IMG/VR virus record: IMGVR_UViG_3300011115_001056
Coordinates: 32,001 to 96,000 of that record
Strand: one strand, 5' to 3'
From: a virus
DNA: 64,000 nt
Both the position numbers and the translations under genes were made by a program. Numbering within the stretch: position 1 is the first letter of the stretch; each line of letters opens with the position of its first letter. Below the pieces are notes generated by a model that saw nothing but the letters and a program-made list of their open reading frames with translations, was not told the DNA's origin and searched no databases. Positions 9,882 through 18,693 of this stretch are shown piece by piece.

Positions 9882-9920
9882 AAAAATAAGCCGTACTAAT
9901 TTGTGCGGCTTATTTTTTTT
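9882..9920 (+). terminator. Rho-independent terminator (potentially bidirectional) after the tube gene
   Basis: AAAAATAAGCCGTAC-TAATTT-GTGCGGCTTATTTTT stem (one G:U) followed by a T run to 9920, with an A run on the 5' side. Confidence 0.85.
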
Positions 9921-9921
9921 A

Positions 9922-9929
9922 AGTATAAT
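9922..9929 (+). promoter_or_regulatory. AGTATAAT -10-like promoter motif upstream of the tail chaperone
   Basis: Directly after the terminator; the same octamer recurs at 13712, 47466, 51908, 54099 and on the minus strand at 62405-62412. Confidence 0.55.
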
Positions 9930-9946
9930 AATGCTGGAGTATAACA

Positions 9947-10471
9947 ATGAAACCAGGCTCAAAAGTAGTTGCATCACATGATATTGGTGCAGTAAGAGGA
10001 AAAGTAACGTCCAATCCAAACTTAGACCCAGATCTTATTAATAAAAGATTTGAAAAAGCCGAAGAAGAATCTGAGACAAAAAAGCAAATTTCTTATTCCG
10101 TTCCAAAAGAGCTAAAAGGATTAGAAAATTTAATATTTCTTGGTGCAAATACTAGAGATATTAAGCTTGGAGAGTTCTCATTTACTCTTAGCACACTTTC
10201 TGCAAAACAGCAAGAAATTATTTTTAAAAGTGCGTTAGATATTTCAGAGCAAGAAAGAATTCTTTTCTTTAAAAAAGGAGTTTTGGCTTCTTCTATTAAA
10301 AGAATTAATGGAAGACCGCTATCCTCCTATCTTGAAGAGGATACTTTTCAAGCTAGAATAGAATTAGTTGAAACACTCCAGCAGTCAGTTTTTGATTTAT
10401 TATTTGAAGAGCTAGATGAAATTACTTCTGAAGCCGAAAAGATCTTGACGGCTGAAAATTTAAAAAAATAG
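9947..10471 (+). CDS. Tail assembly chaperone (lambda gpG analogue)
   Basis: Between tube and tape measure; acidic helical protein ending ...ENLKK-stop on a slippery sequence; GGAG RBS at 9936. Confidence 0.8.
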   Translation: MKPGSKVVASHDIGAVRGKVTSNPNLDPDLINKRFEKAEEESETKKQISYSVPKELKGLENLIFLGANTRDIKLGEFSFTLSTLSAKQQEIIFKSALDISEQERILFFKKGVLASSIKRINGRPLSSYLEEDTFQARIELVETLQQSVFDLLFEELDEITSEAEKILTAENLKK

Positions 10472-10507
10472 TAAAAAGCTCCGACCACTACATCAGGTGG
10501 GAGCTTT
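10459..10507 (+). other. Programmed -1 ribosomal frameshift signal: slippery heptamers plus downstream hairpin
   Basis: T TTA AAA (10459-10465) and A AAA AAA (10462-10468) are in the XXXYYYZ register just before TAG; hairpin AAAGCTC/GAGCTTT plus CCAC/GTGG at 10475-10507; the -1 frame is open from 10468 to 10881. Confidence 0.82.
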
Positions 10508-10881
10508 GCAAGATTTGGAAATGCAGAGTAGATGATCCTATCTTTGAAGGAATAAACCAATCACAATTACTGTGGTATTCTTTGATGATATCCGATGATA
10601 AAGAAAGAGAGTTTGATAAAACCCTATCTTACTTAGAGTATCATGCCTCATTTACAAATCATGAGGGAGTAAAAAAAGCAAAAGAATTTAGAAAAGAACA
10701 AAAAGAAGACACCGTTAAAGAAGCAGAAGAATTTATTAACTCCGTTAAGAATAATGAATTTAAAAATAATCCATTAATTGAGGCAATTAAGAAATTAAGA
10801 GAGTCTAGCATATTAAGTTCAGAAAAAGAAAATGCATTTAACTCTATTAATTTAAATAAACTTATTAAGGAAGATATTTAA
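10468..10881 (+). CDS. C-terminal (T) part of the frameshifted tail chaperone gpGT (about 311-aa fusion); includes the listed 10582..10881 ORF
   Basis: -1 frame reads IVKSSDHYIRWELCKIWKCRVDDPIFEGINQSQLLWYSLMISDDKERE... without a stop into the 99-aa ORF, which has no evident RBS of its own. Confidence 0.78.
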   Translation: MVKSSDHYIRWELCKIWKCRVDDPIFEGINQSQLLWYSLMISDDKEREFDKTLSYLEYHASFTNHEGVKKAKEFRKEQKEDTVKEAEEFINSVKNNEFKNNPLIEAIKKLRESSILSSEKENAFNSINLNKLIKEDI

Positions 10882-10882
10882 T

Positions 10883-12787
10883 ATGGCTAATGATATGACT
10901 ACCATCTTACAGATGTACAAAGATGGAAAGCTAACTTTAACTCAGACCACAAGTGCCTTAGATGAAATTTCTGGTGCTGCAAAAAGTGCAAGTAGTTCTA
11001 TCTTAAACTTAGGCTCTGCATTTGAGACTTTTTCAAATCTTTCAATAAAAAATACAAAAACTTTAGAAGGAAGCCTGAATTCTTTTAAACAACTTAAAGC
11101 AGCAGCATCAGATCTTACAAATGCTTTGTCTGGTGTTTCGAAATTAGGATCTGTAATTGGATTAGATGTTGTATTCGATGCTGCATTAAAGCCAATCGCC
11201 TCTATCTCAGGTCTTATGGGCACCTTGGTCGATGCGGCAAAAAATGTAGTAGGTGCTCTTGACGGGATGGATGCTGGAACTAGAGAACTAAATGACTCTC
11301 AGTTTAAGCTTGCTGCAAATATTGGATTAGGTTTTGATCAGGCAAAAAAGTTTTCAGAAATTTATAAAGACATAGTCAAATCAAATTCTGATTTGGCAGG
11401 AACAGGATTCTATATAAAGGCAGATCAGTTTCAGGCAGCAACTGCGGCTCTCCAACAACAAGGTTTTGCAATGACAGAGTTGGCGGAAAGGTCCTCGGTT
11501 GCCGGAAAGAGTCTTAACAATGTCCAGGCAATGACCATGCAAGCCAGAGCGATGGGCATGGAGGTTGGAGATTATTCCAAAAAAATGGGAGATATGGTAA
11601 GAAAGTCCGGCTTAAGTATGGAAGACTCCATGAAGCTTATGGCATCAACTCAGGATATTGCAGGAGATACTGGATTAAGAATAGATGAAGTTACTCAATC
11701 ATTAGATAGTGCAACTAATGGATTTCAAAGAATGGGAACAACTATAAACTTTGGAATGCCACTCTTAAGGGGATTTGCCGCCTCAATTACTGATGTTGGA
11801 CTTGGAATATCTCAGGCCGCAGATTTAGCAGGAGATTTTTCAAAAAGCCTAATGGGGATAGTTAATAATCCGGCATTGGCGTACATAACCTCTATGAAGG
11901 GTGGATTTTCTGGAGCAATGGGTGGAGGTGGAGGCGTTCTGAATCCAAGTATTCAAATGCAATCAATGATGATGGATCAGTCCCCAGGCTCACAGGCAGA
12001 ACTTGCAAAGAATCTATCTGTTGGAATGAGAGAGACTTTAAAGTCTTTCTCCGGAGGAGATATAATTAGCGTCAAGCAGGCCGCACAGTCTCCGGAATTG
12101 CAGAGCAGATTTTACACTCAGCAACAAATGCTAGGATCGCAGTTTGGAATTTCTGATACTGGAACTCAAAATAGAGTTTTAGAATATTTGCAAAAGTTAG
12201 AAGAAGCCACTTATGCAGGCGACGATGAGGCTGCAGCAATTCTTGAGAAGCAGATCTCAGAAGCCGCCAAGGGCAACGATCAAACTATGAGTATTCAGGA
12301 AAAGATGTCTCTAGCAATGGACAGAACTGTTATTTTAGCTCAAGATCAGCTTGCAAATCAAAAGGGAATTTTGGCAGCCACCATGATGGGAGTAAAGAAT
12401 AAGACCGGAAAAGAAGGTGAAGATGCTTTTGTTGCAAACTTTGGGAAGGCAATGTCCGAAGTAGGAAATTTATTTGGAGGCAATAAGGATATTACTGGAA
12501 TGGATTCTGACCAATTAGAAGCCTATAGGAAAGAAAGAGATACTGCAATAGAAACAACTGCAAAAAGATATGGTATCGCAAAACAACAGGTTGCGGGCGT
12601 GGCACCGGATACTGGCACTTCTAGTGGCGGTGGTGCTCAATTTGGAACTGCAGGCGGAGCCACCTCTGCCGGACAAAATAGTAATACGCTTATTACATTA
12701 GTAAATAGGACTGGAAAAGCAATGGAGGCTACCGCAGGAAAAACTGCGGCAGGACCCGCCCTCATAGTAGTCGAAACCCCACCATAA
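10883..12787 (+). CDS. Tape measure protein (634 aa)
   Basis: Directly after the G/GT chaperone; Ala/Gly/Ser/Met/Gln-rich helical composition with few Pro and aromatics over most of its length. Confidence 0.8.
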   Translation: MANDMTTILQMYKDGKLTLTQTTSALDEISGAAKSASSSILNLGSAFETFSNLSIKNTKTLEGSLNSFKQLKAAASDLTNALSGVSKLGSVIGLDVVFDAALKPIASISGLMGTLVDAAKNVVGALDGMDAGTRELNDSQFKLAANIGLGFDQAKKFSEIYKDIVKSNSDLAGTGFYIKADQFQAATAALQQQGFAMTELAERSSVAGKSLNNVQAMTMQARAMGMEVGDYSKKMGDMVRKSGLSMEDSMKLMASTQDIAGDTGLRIDEVTQSLDSATNGFQRMGTTINFGMPLLRGFAASITDVGLGISQAADLAGDFSKSLMGIVNNPALAYITSMKGGFSGAMGGGGGVLNPSIQMQSMMMDQSPGSQAELAKNLSVGMRETLKSFSGGDIISVKQAAQSPELQSRFYTQQQMLGSQFGISDTGTQNRVLEYLQKLEEATYAGDDEAAAILEKQISEAAKGNDQTMSIQEKMSLAMDRTVILAQDQLANQKGILAATMMGVKNKTGKEGEDAFVANFGKAMSEVGNLFGGNKDITGMDSDQLEAYRKERDTAIETTAKRYGIAKQQVAGVAPDTGTSSGGGAQFGTAGGATSAGQNSNTLITLVNRTGKAMEATAGKTAAGPALIVVETPP

Positions 12788-12813
12788 AATCTATCAATAT
12801 ATAATAAGAAAGT

Positions 12814-13707
12814 ATGTTTGTTAGAGAAACCTTAAAATTCCTTATTCCCACTAATCTTCTTTCTTTAAATACCTCCGGTATGTCCGATAGAGAAGTAGTT
12901 CCACTTTATATTAACCCAAGCTCTATTCAAACCAATTATACAAAAAATATTGCCGAAACCCAAACAATTGGCGGCTTTATAATTCAATATTGGGGAGATA
13001 GAATTACCACTATGTCTATCGGAGGAACTACCGGTAGTGGTGGTATTGACGCTATAAATATTTTGCATCAAGTTTATAAGGCAGAACAAATTCAATTTAA
13101 AAAAGTTCTTTTAAAAAGACAAGTTGAATTAGCAGTCAAAATAAAAGAAGCTGAGGCTGCATCTCAAAAGACAGGATCAATTGATACACTAGAGGCATTA
13201 GATCAGGTTCTTTTTAATGGTGCCTTTTCTAATTTTGCAAATGGCGTTAGTGAAACTATGGATTTTTTTAAATCAGCAGTTGCAGGAAATGATGTTTCAA
13301 GTGCCAGCCCAGTTAGACTTCTTCCTACCATGTCTGCATTTGCAGTCTCTCTTGATATGCATTTTCAAGGAAAGGTATTTAGAGGTTATATTGAAGCTAT
13401 GTCAGTAACTGAAAACGGAACATCTCCGGGACATTTTGATTACACCATACAATTTAAATCTTTAAAAGAATATGGAGAAAGAACTAACTTTATGCCATGG
13501 CATATTAATCCAAGAGATGCATCTGGAAAGCCAATACAAAAGCCAAAAGTTGGACCAAATGGGGCCAATTATAATCTTACATTTCCAATCATAGATGCAA
13601 AATCAATAACCTCAACTGCAAGAAGTGTCTCTAGAGTTACTGATGATCAGGTAGGAACATCCAATGAAACTGGAAATTTAACCCCAAGATACTCTAAAAT
13701 AAAATAA
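12814..13707 (+). CDS. Putative tube-initiator / baseplate tube-like protein (gp48/gp54-like)
   Basis: LYINPSSIQTNYTK...QTIGG..IQYWG...SIGGTTG and VFRGYIEAMSVTE..SPGHFDYTIQF are typical of tube-fold initiators located after the tape measure. Confidence 0.65.
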   Translation: MFVRETLKFLIPTNLLSLNTSGMSDREVVPLYINPSSIQTNYTKNIAETQTIGGFIIQYWGDRITTMSIGGTTGSGGIDAINILHQVYKAEQIQFKKVLLKRQVELAVKIKEAEAASQKTGSIDTLEALDQVLFNGAFSNFANGVSETMDFFKSAVAGNDVSSASPVRLLPTMSAFAVSLDMHFQGKVFRGYIEAMSVTENGTSPGHFDYTIQFKSLKEYGERTNFMPWHINPRDASGKPIQKPKVGPNGANYNLTFPIIDAKSITSTARSVSRVTDDQVGTSNETGNLTPRYSKIK

Positions 13708-13711
13708 ATGC

Positions 13712-13719
13712 AGTATAAT
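13712..13719 (+). promoter_or_regulatory. AGTATAAT -10-like promoter motif upstream of the hub
   Basis: In the 28-nt gap before ATG 13736; recurrent motif. Confidence 0.5.
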
Positions 13720-13735
13720 AGTTTGGGATTTAAAT

Positions 13736-16700
13736 ATGGCAAAACAATCACTACTTCAGGCGTCTGTATCTAGAATTAATTCTGCATTTGATAAGATAGC
13801 TTATGGAAAATCAGATCTTCATCTGGTAGAATCAGGCGTTGCAGTCTTTATTGATCAGAATAGATCAACAGAGATTAAACCAAAGTCTAGAGCCATAGTT
13901 GCTATGAATCCAACTGCCAGTATTCTAATTAAGAAGAAAGCATTTTCAACATTCAAGGCAACAAATGACTTAAGATGGATGGATAAGACTGAAAAAATGT
14001 TGCTCAGAACCACCAAGGCATTATTTGCCCTAAAGGTGGCTCAGCTTAGAGCTTATGAGTCTTTAACAAAATTAGATAATTTTTATGAAGAAACTGGAGA
14101 TATAAATTTCAGTCTTCTTGCCGACCTAATCTCTTCTTCTAGATATCTTCAGCTCCCAGGACAAAATAATAAAAGCTCTGATGCACTAGCACTTCTTGCT
14201 AGTTTTGGGGCAGCAGCTGGAATGGGAGCATCAGTTGATGATGTAATTAAGATTGTTAGAAGAAATGCTTTTTCAACAGCAAATACAAAAACTACCTGGA
14301 TAGTAGACCCCGATGATGTTACCAACTATGGAACAGGACCGGGGACAGGAGTAATAGAGATTTGCACCTTTACAAGCATAAGCACTTCTGTTGGAGTTAC
14401 TTCAGAAACAAAGTCTGCTACAATAGGAATACTTGATCCTCACAGGATTATGAATATCATTGAAGATGATATTGAAATGGCAATTGAAGAAGCTCTTTAT
14501 GGAACCTTAGGGCTAATGAATGATCTTGCTTATGCCGGAATGGGAGGAGAATATATAGATCCATCTCTTATAGTCTCTTCTGCGCTGGAGGTTTTTGGAC
14601 TTGGAAAGCTAGACGGAACTATGGATATAGATTATATTAGAGATAGGCTCAGAGTTTTTTATCTTGGAAAATGGATAATAAATGTAAATGATGGAGTTCA
14701 CATTTATATTGCTGGAAATAAATCAGTTACAAACAATAGTGATATAGAAAGCTCATCTTTTGATACAAGTTTAGATGATTCATATTTTCAAATTGATGAA
14801 AATATTTTAGAGGCAGAAAGAAAATTATATACAAATCAAAATATTTCCTCATCAACATATAAGAATATCAGAAAATATTCAAACAATTCTTTTATTATGC
14901 AGCATGTCTTTGGAGGCTACGTTAAAGGAGTATCCGAATCATACTCGGTAGATAAGACAACAATATCAGTCTCATGCCAGGATAATATGGGATGGTTGAC
15001 TGGCGTAAGATTCATGGAAGAGCCATCATTACTTGATCCGAGGGCTCCTTTAGAAGACCCCGTTACCCCTTTTGATATAAAAACAAATTCTGCAAGTAAC
15101 TCCTTAAGAGGGCCTTCATTAGAATTACTTCCAGAAAATAAAATACTTTTAAAGTCAGGACTTTTGTCACACAGTGCAGGCCTGTTAGCCGGATATAATG
15201 CAAATGAGTCAAACATATTTCAGGGGCAATATTCTGGACCAGGATCAATGTATGGGGCACAAATAGTTCAGCACCCTTCTGGATTAGTTTATAGATGGAG
15301 AACCGGTGTTCTAGGGCTCTCTTCCCCCTTCTCTCCTACTGGAGCCAGTAGTAATGGTGCTGCCTCTGCAATCTCCCCTGTCACTAGACAAAATTATGGA
15401 TTTTCGGTTACTAATAGCGTTGTTTCAAACTTGGATGTTGCCAATGTTATTAGTGTCATGATTACTGGACAGCCTTATAATATAGAGACATTTACCCAAC
15501 TTGCTTATGATGCAATGAACGTAGTCAGGGTTGGAAATTCACTTAATCCAAGCGATGCCCTATCATTTACCCTAGACTCGATTAGAAAACAAAATCCATT
15601 CTATGGAAATTTTAAGCCTTTTAGAATGATTACTATGTCTGAGCAGACAATAAATAAACTTAGCAATGATACTTTTGCAGTGGAAGATACTAAAAATAAA
15701 CTATCTATCTTAAGAAAAAAGAAAAATGATATAAACAGAAAAATTAGAATATTAAAATCATCTAAAGGAAATGAGTCAATTCAACTTCTATTAGAACAAG
15801 AAAGATCTTCTATAGATGCCTCAATAAACAGCCAAATAGAGTCTGTATATAGAAATAATGGCTCTTCTGTAGGAGGAGGAGTTAATGCATCAGATCTTTT
15901 TGATATTAACTTTAATATTTTTGGTCAAAATAAAGCTCTAAACATGGGAGGTAATTTAGAAACAGATCATGATTTGAATAGAGCCATGATGAGAGTTGCT
16001 ACGATGAGAAGAATAGAAGATGTGAAATTAAATCGCGATCAAAATCTTCTTATAGTCTCAGACCAATATGATTTAAATCCAGATATCAAAGCATATATGC
16101 TTAAATTAAGAACTTCTGGATTTAAATTATTTCAAGGTAATTATATGAACGTCTATGATAGATGTGCCGAAGCCGCAACAGTAACCATGATGGAATTCTT
16201 CTGTAATTCACAGGGTCATCTTGAAATTAGGCCTCCACAATATAATAAGACCCCCCTTTCTGTTTTAAATGCACTTTCAAGATATCAAAGTGCAACTAAA
16301 AGAAAAATTGTTCCAGACTTTTTATTCTCAATGTTTGGAGATAGAGTTTCTTCACTCAAACTAGAAATACATGCAACAAATATAAGAATAGCCATCATAG
16401 CTTTGCTCATGAATAAATATCCGGATTCTTCCCTAATACCTGGTGTAGCAGTTTCTGGAAAATCATCTTTTATGTTTTTTGGAGTTTCTTATTTTTCAAA
16501 TTCAGAAACAAAAACATATGAATCAAATATTGACAAATATACAGTTAATTTTTCTGATACTCATTCTAATTATCTAAAACTTGATATTGGGTCTACAGAA
16601 GATGGAGATATTTTATTTGGAAATATTGATACTCCGATTGGAAATTTTGATGAAATAGTAAGAGAATATGGGGCTGGGAGCAGTACAGGATCAATTTATG

Positions 16701-18691
16701 ACAAAACTTTAGATTCTTTGATTAATCCAAATAAAAAGATTGCAAAGAATTCCTCAGAAACAACACAAAAACAAGATGGAACAACAAAAACAATTTCTGA
16801 CTTTGGAACTCCCGATCAAATTGTTAAAGGTCTAAATGCCATAGTTGATTCTTTTAGAAAAGCATCTGGGCATAACCCGGCCTCTGGTCTGGTAGCTAGT
16901 GGTACAAATGGTGAATTTATAGAAAAAGATCTTTTAATTGGAATGAGTGAGTCATCTGTGAATTCTGGAGGCCTTGAGGCAAGACTCGATAAGCTTTTTG
17001 ATGAATTAGATCAGGCAGTATCAAAAAGAAATTCTCTTGTAAACTTATTGAAAAAAAATCAAGAAAAGAAAGAAGAATTAGACAGAATCGAGCAAGATCT
17101 TACGAATGGATTTTCTGAAGATAATACAGATTTTTGGGAAGATCCGGATGTTCAATCTAGAGTTGATAATGTTTTCTCAAATAAAACTACTAGCAGCGAG
17201 GGAGTTAGGGACTACGCAGGTGTAGTCAAAGGCATTTATGAGGCAGGAAGATATACAAAAAGAGCAATAGATGCAACCAAAGATTTCTTAGCAGGAAAGG
17301 CAACTCAAGGAACTCTCTTTGACCATCTAATAGATGATGACATGAGAAATCTTTTAGGTCCAGGCTCTGGTAGAAGGTTTGTTATTTATGATGAGCAGAT
17401 AAAGGGATATGAGGTTAGAGAATCTGAACCACAAATGACTAGAGTTGATGTTTTTGGAACTACTCCATTAGTTAATGATCAAATGAAAGCGGTCACAGGT
17501 GGAGAAAACTTTATTCAATGGGGTGGAGCAGTAGACTATGATCTCTGGAGACAATATGGATACAAATGGAAAGGTATTCAGGATGCTCCATTTATATCTG
17601 ATGCAGAAACTCAGGCTAAGCCTCTGGCACTACAGCACTTGGCCCTTCAAAGAGCAGTAATATTCTCAGGAAGTATTCAGCTTGCTGGCAATGAATATTA
17701 TCAACCTGGCGATACAGTTTACATTCCATCAAAAGGTCTGTTATTTTATGTAGCAACAGTTTCTCATTCTTTTGGTTATGGCTCATCGTTTGATACCAAC
17801 CTTACTTTAATGTATGGTCATCCACCAGGAGTATATCTTCCAACTCCAATGGATATCATTGGACAATCTTATTCCAAAGATACTATGAAGCAGGGTGGAT
17901 ATATCGTAAGGAGAAAAAATAATGGAGATGATAGCTATAGACCACTACAGCCAGATTGTGCCATTAGATTCCCCAAGAGTCCAAAAATAACAGAATCTAA
18001 TTTGGAATATTTACTTAGTCATAAAAATAATATGGTTAAATTTTATAATATGGTTACCGATCTATCAAATGGACTACTTACATCAGGCAGAGTTCTTTTT
18101 ATTAGAGGATTTACAAAAGATGACTCAGAAGAGGCAGATGTTTTAGAAAAGCTTAATTTGGTTTCTGGGTTATTTCAGAACCCAGTTATGTTATCTCAAA
18201 AGTTAGATACTGCGGTAGGCGATGATCTTCTTGCAGATTTTTTGCAACCAACTCAAAGCTTGTTAAATATTAACGCAGGCTCCGGAATGAACAAAGAGCT
18301 TAAGACAATGTTTCTTCCTAATGGAGCCCCAGTGACTAAGGTTCAAAAGGAACAGATTTTATTGCAGGTAGCTAAATTAAATAGAAATAATTCTGAATTT
18401 ACCGCTGACAAGACAGCATATAAATGTTTCTCTGCAGTAAACTTAAAAGATATTGGAAAATTAAAGAAAGAAAAAGAAAATTATATTTCAGATTTTGATG
18501 CCCTATCAACAACCCTTTACCCAGATTTTCCAAAGGGAGGTCCATCTCAATCTACCTGGTTAGAGATGGATGATTTGCTACAAAATATTTTCTCATCAAA
18601 CCCACTAATTAAAGACTATGAAAAGGTAATTGAAATTGGTATATTAGAATTAGATACTGCTAAAGTAAAATTACTAAAGAGTTTAAGATAA
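13736..18691 (+). CDS. Baseplate hub protein (gp27/gpD/VgrG-like) with large insertions
   Basis: VFGGYVKGVSESYS...ISVSCQDNMGWL; EFFCNSQGHLEIRPPQYN; GSIQLAGNEYYQPGDTVYI...FYVATVSHSF...FDTNLTL are hub-family signatures in the expected order. Confidence 0.75.
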   Translation: MAKQSLLQASVSRINSAFDKIAYGKSDLHLVESGVAVFIDQNRSTEIKPKSRAIVAMNPTASILIKKKAFSTFKATNDLRWMDKTEKMLLRTTKALFALKVAQLRAYESLTKLDNFYEETGDINFSLLADLISSSRYLQLPGQNNKSSDALALLASFGAAAGMGASVDDVIKIVRRNAFSTANTKTTWIVDPDDVTNYGTGPGTGVIEICTFTSISTSVGVTSETKSATIGILDPHRIMNIIEDDIEMAIEEALYGTLGLMNDLAYAGMGGEYIDPSLIVSSALEVFGLGKLDGTMDIDYIRDRLRVFYLGKWIINVNDGVHIYIAGNKSVTNNSDIESSSFDTSLDDSYFQIDENILEAERKLYTNQNISSSTYKNIRKYSNNSFIMQHVFGGYVKGVSESYSVDKTTISVSCQDNMGWLTGVRFMEEPSLLDPRAPLEDPVTPFDIKTNSASNSLRGPSLELLPENKILLKSGLLSHSAGLLAGYNANESNIFQGQYSGPGSMYGAQIVQHPSGLVYRWRTGVLGLSSPFSPTGASSNGAASAISPVTRQNYGFSVTNSVVSNLDVANVISVMITGQPYNIETFTQLAYDAMNVVRVGNSLNPSDALSFTLDSIRKQNPFYGNFKPFRMITMSEQTINKLSNDTFAVEDTKNKLSILRKKKNDINRKIRILKSSKGNESIQLLLEQERSSIDASINSQIESVYRNNGSSVGGGVNASDLFDINFNIFGQNKALNMGGNLETDHDLNRAMMRVATMRRIEDVKLNRDQNLLIVSDQYDLNPDIKAYMLKLRTSGFKLFQGNYMNVYDRCAEAATVTMMEFFCNSQGHLEIRPPQYNKTPLSVLNALSRYQSATKRKIVPDFLFSMFGDRVSSLKLEIHATNIRIAIIALLMNKYPDSSLIPGVAVSGKSSFMFFGVSYFSNSETKTYESNIDKYTVNFSDTHSNYLKLDIGSTEDGDILFGNIDTPIGNFDEIVREYGAGSSTGSIYDKTLDSLINPNKKIAKNSSETTQKQDGTTKTISDFGTPDQIVKGLNAIVDSFRKASGHNPASGLVASGTNGEFIEKDLLIGMSESSVNSGGLEARLDKLFDELDQAVSKRNSLVNLLKKNQEKKEELDRIEQDLTNGFSEDNTDFWEDPDVQSRVDNVFSNKTTSSEGVRDYAGVVKGIYEAGRYTKRAIDATKDFLAGKATQGTLFDHLIDDDMRNLLGPGSGRRFVIYDEQIKGYEVRESEPQMTRVDVFGTTPLVNDQMKAVTGGENFIQWGGAVDYDLWRQYGYKWKGIQDAPFISDAETQAKPLALQHLALQRAVIFSGSIQLAGNEYYQPGDTVYIPSKGLLFYVATVSHSFGYGSSFDTNLTLMYGHPPGVYLPTPMDIIGQSYSKDTMKQGGYIVRRKNNGDDSYRPLQPDCAIRFPKSPKITESNLEYLLSHKNNMVKFYNMVTDLSNGLLTSGRVLFIRGFTKDDSEEADVLEKLNLVSGLFQNPVMLSQKLDTAVGDDLLADFLQPTQSLLNINAGSGMNKELKTMFLPNGAPVTKVQKEQILLQVAKLNRNNSEFTADKTAYKCFSAVNLKDIGKLKKEKENYISDFDALSTTLYPDFPKGGPSQSTWLEMDDLLQNIFSSNPLIKDYEKVIEIGILELDTAKVKLLKSLR

Positions 18692-18693
18692 TT

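Noticed and set aside
10582-10881. Independent 99-aa gene
   Set aside because: Better explained as the 3' part of the frameshifted chaperone: no SD, and the frame is open back to the slippery site.
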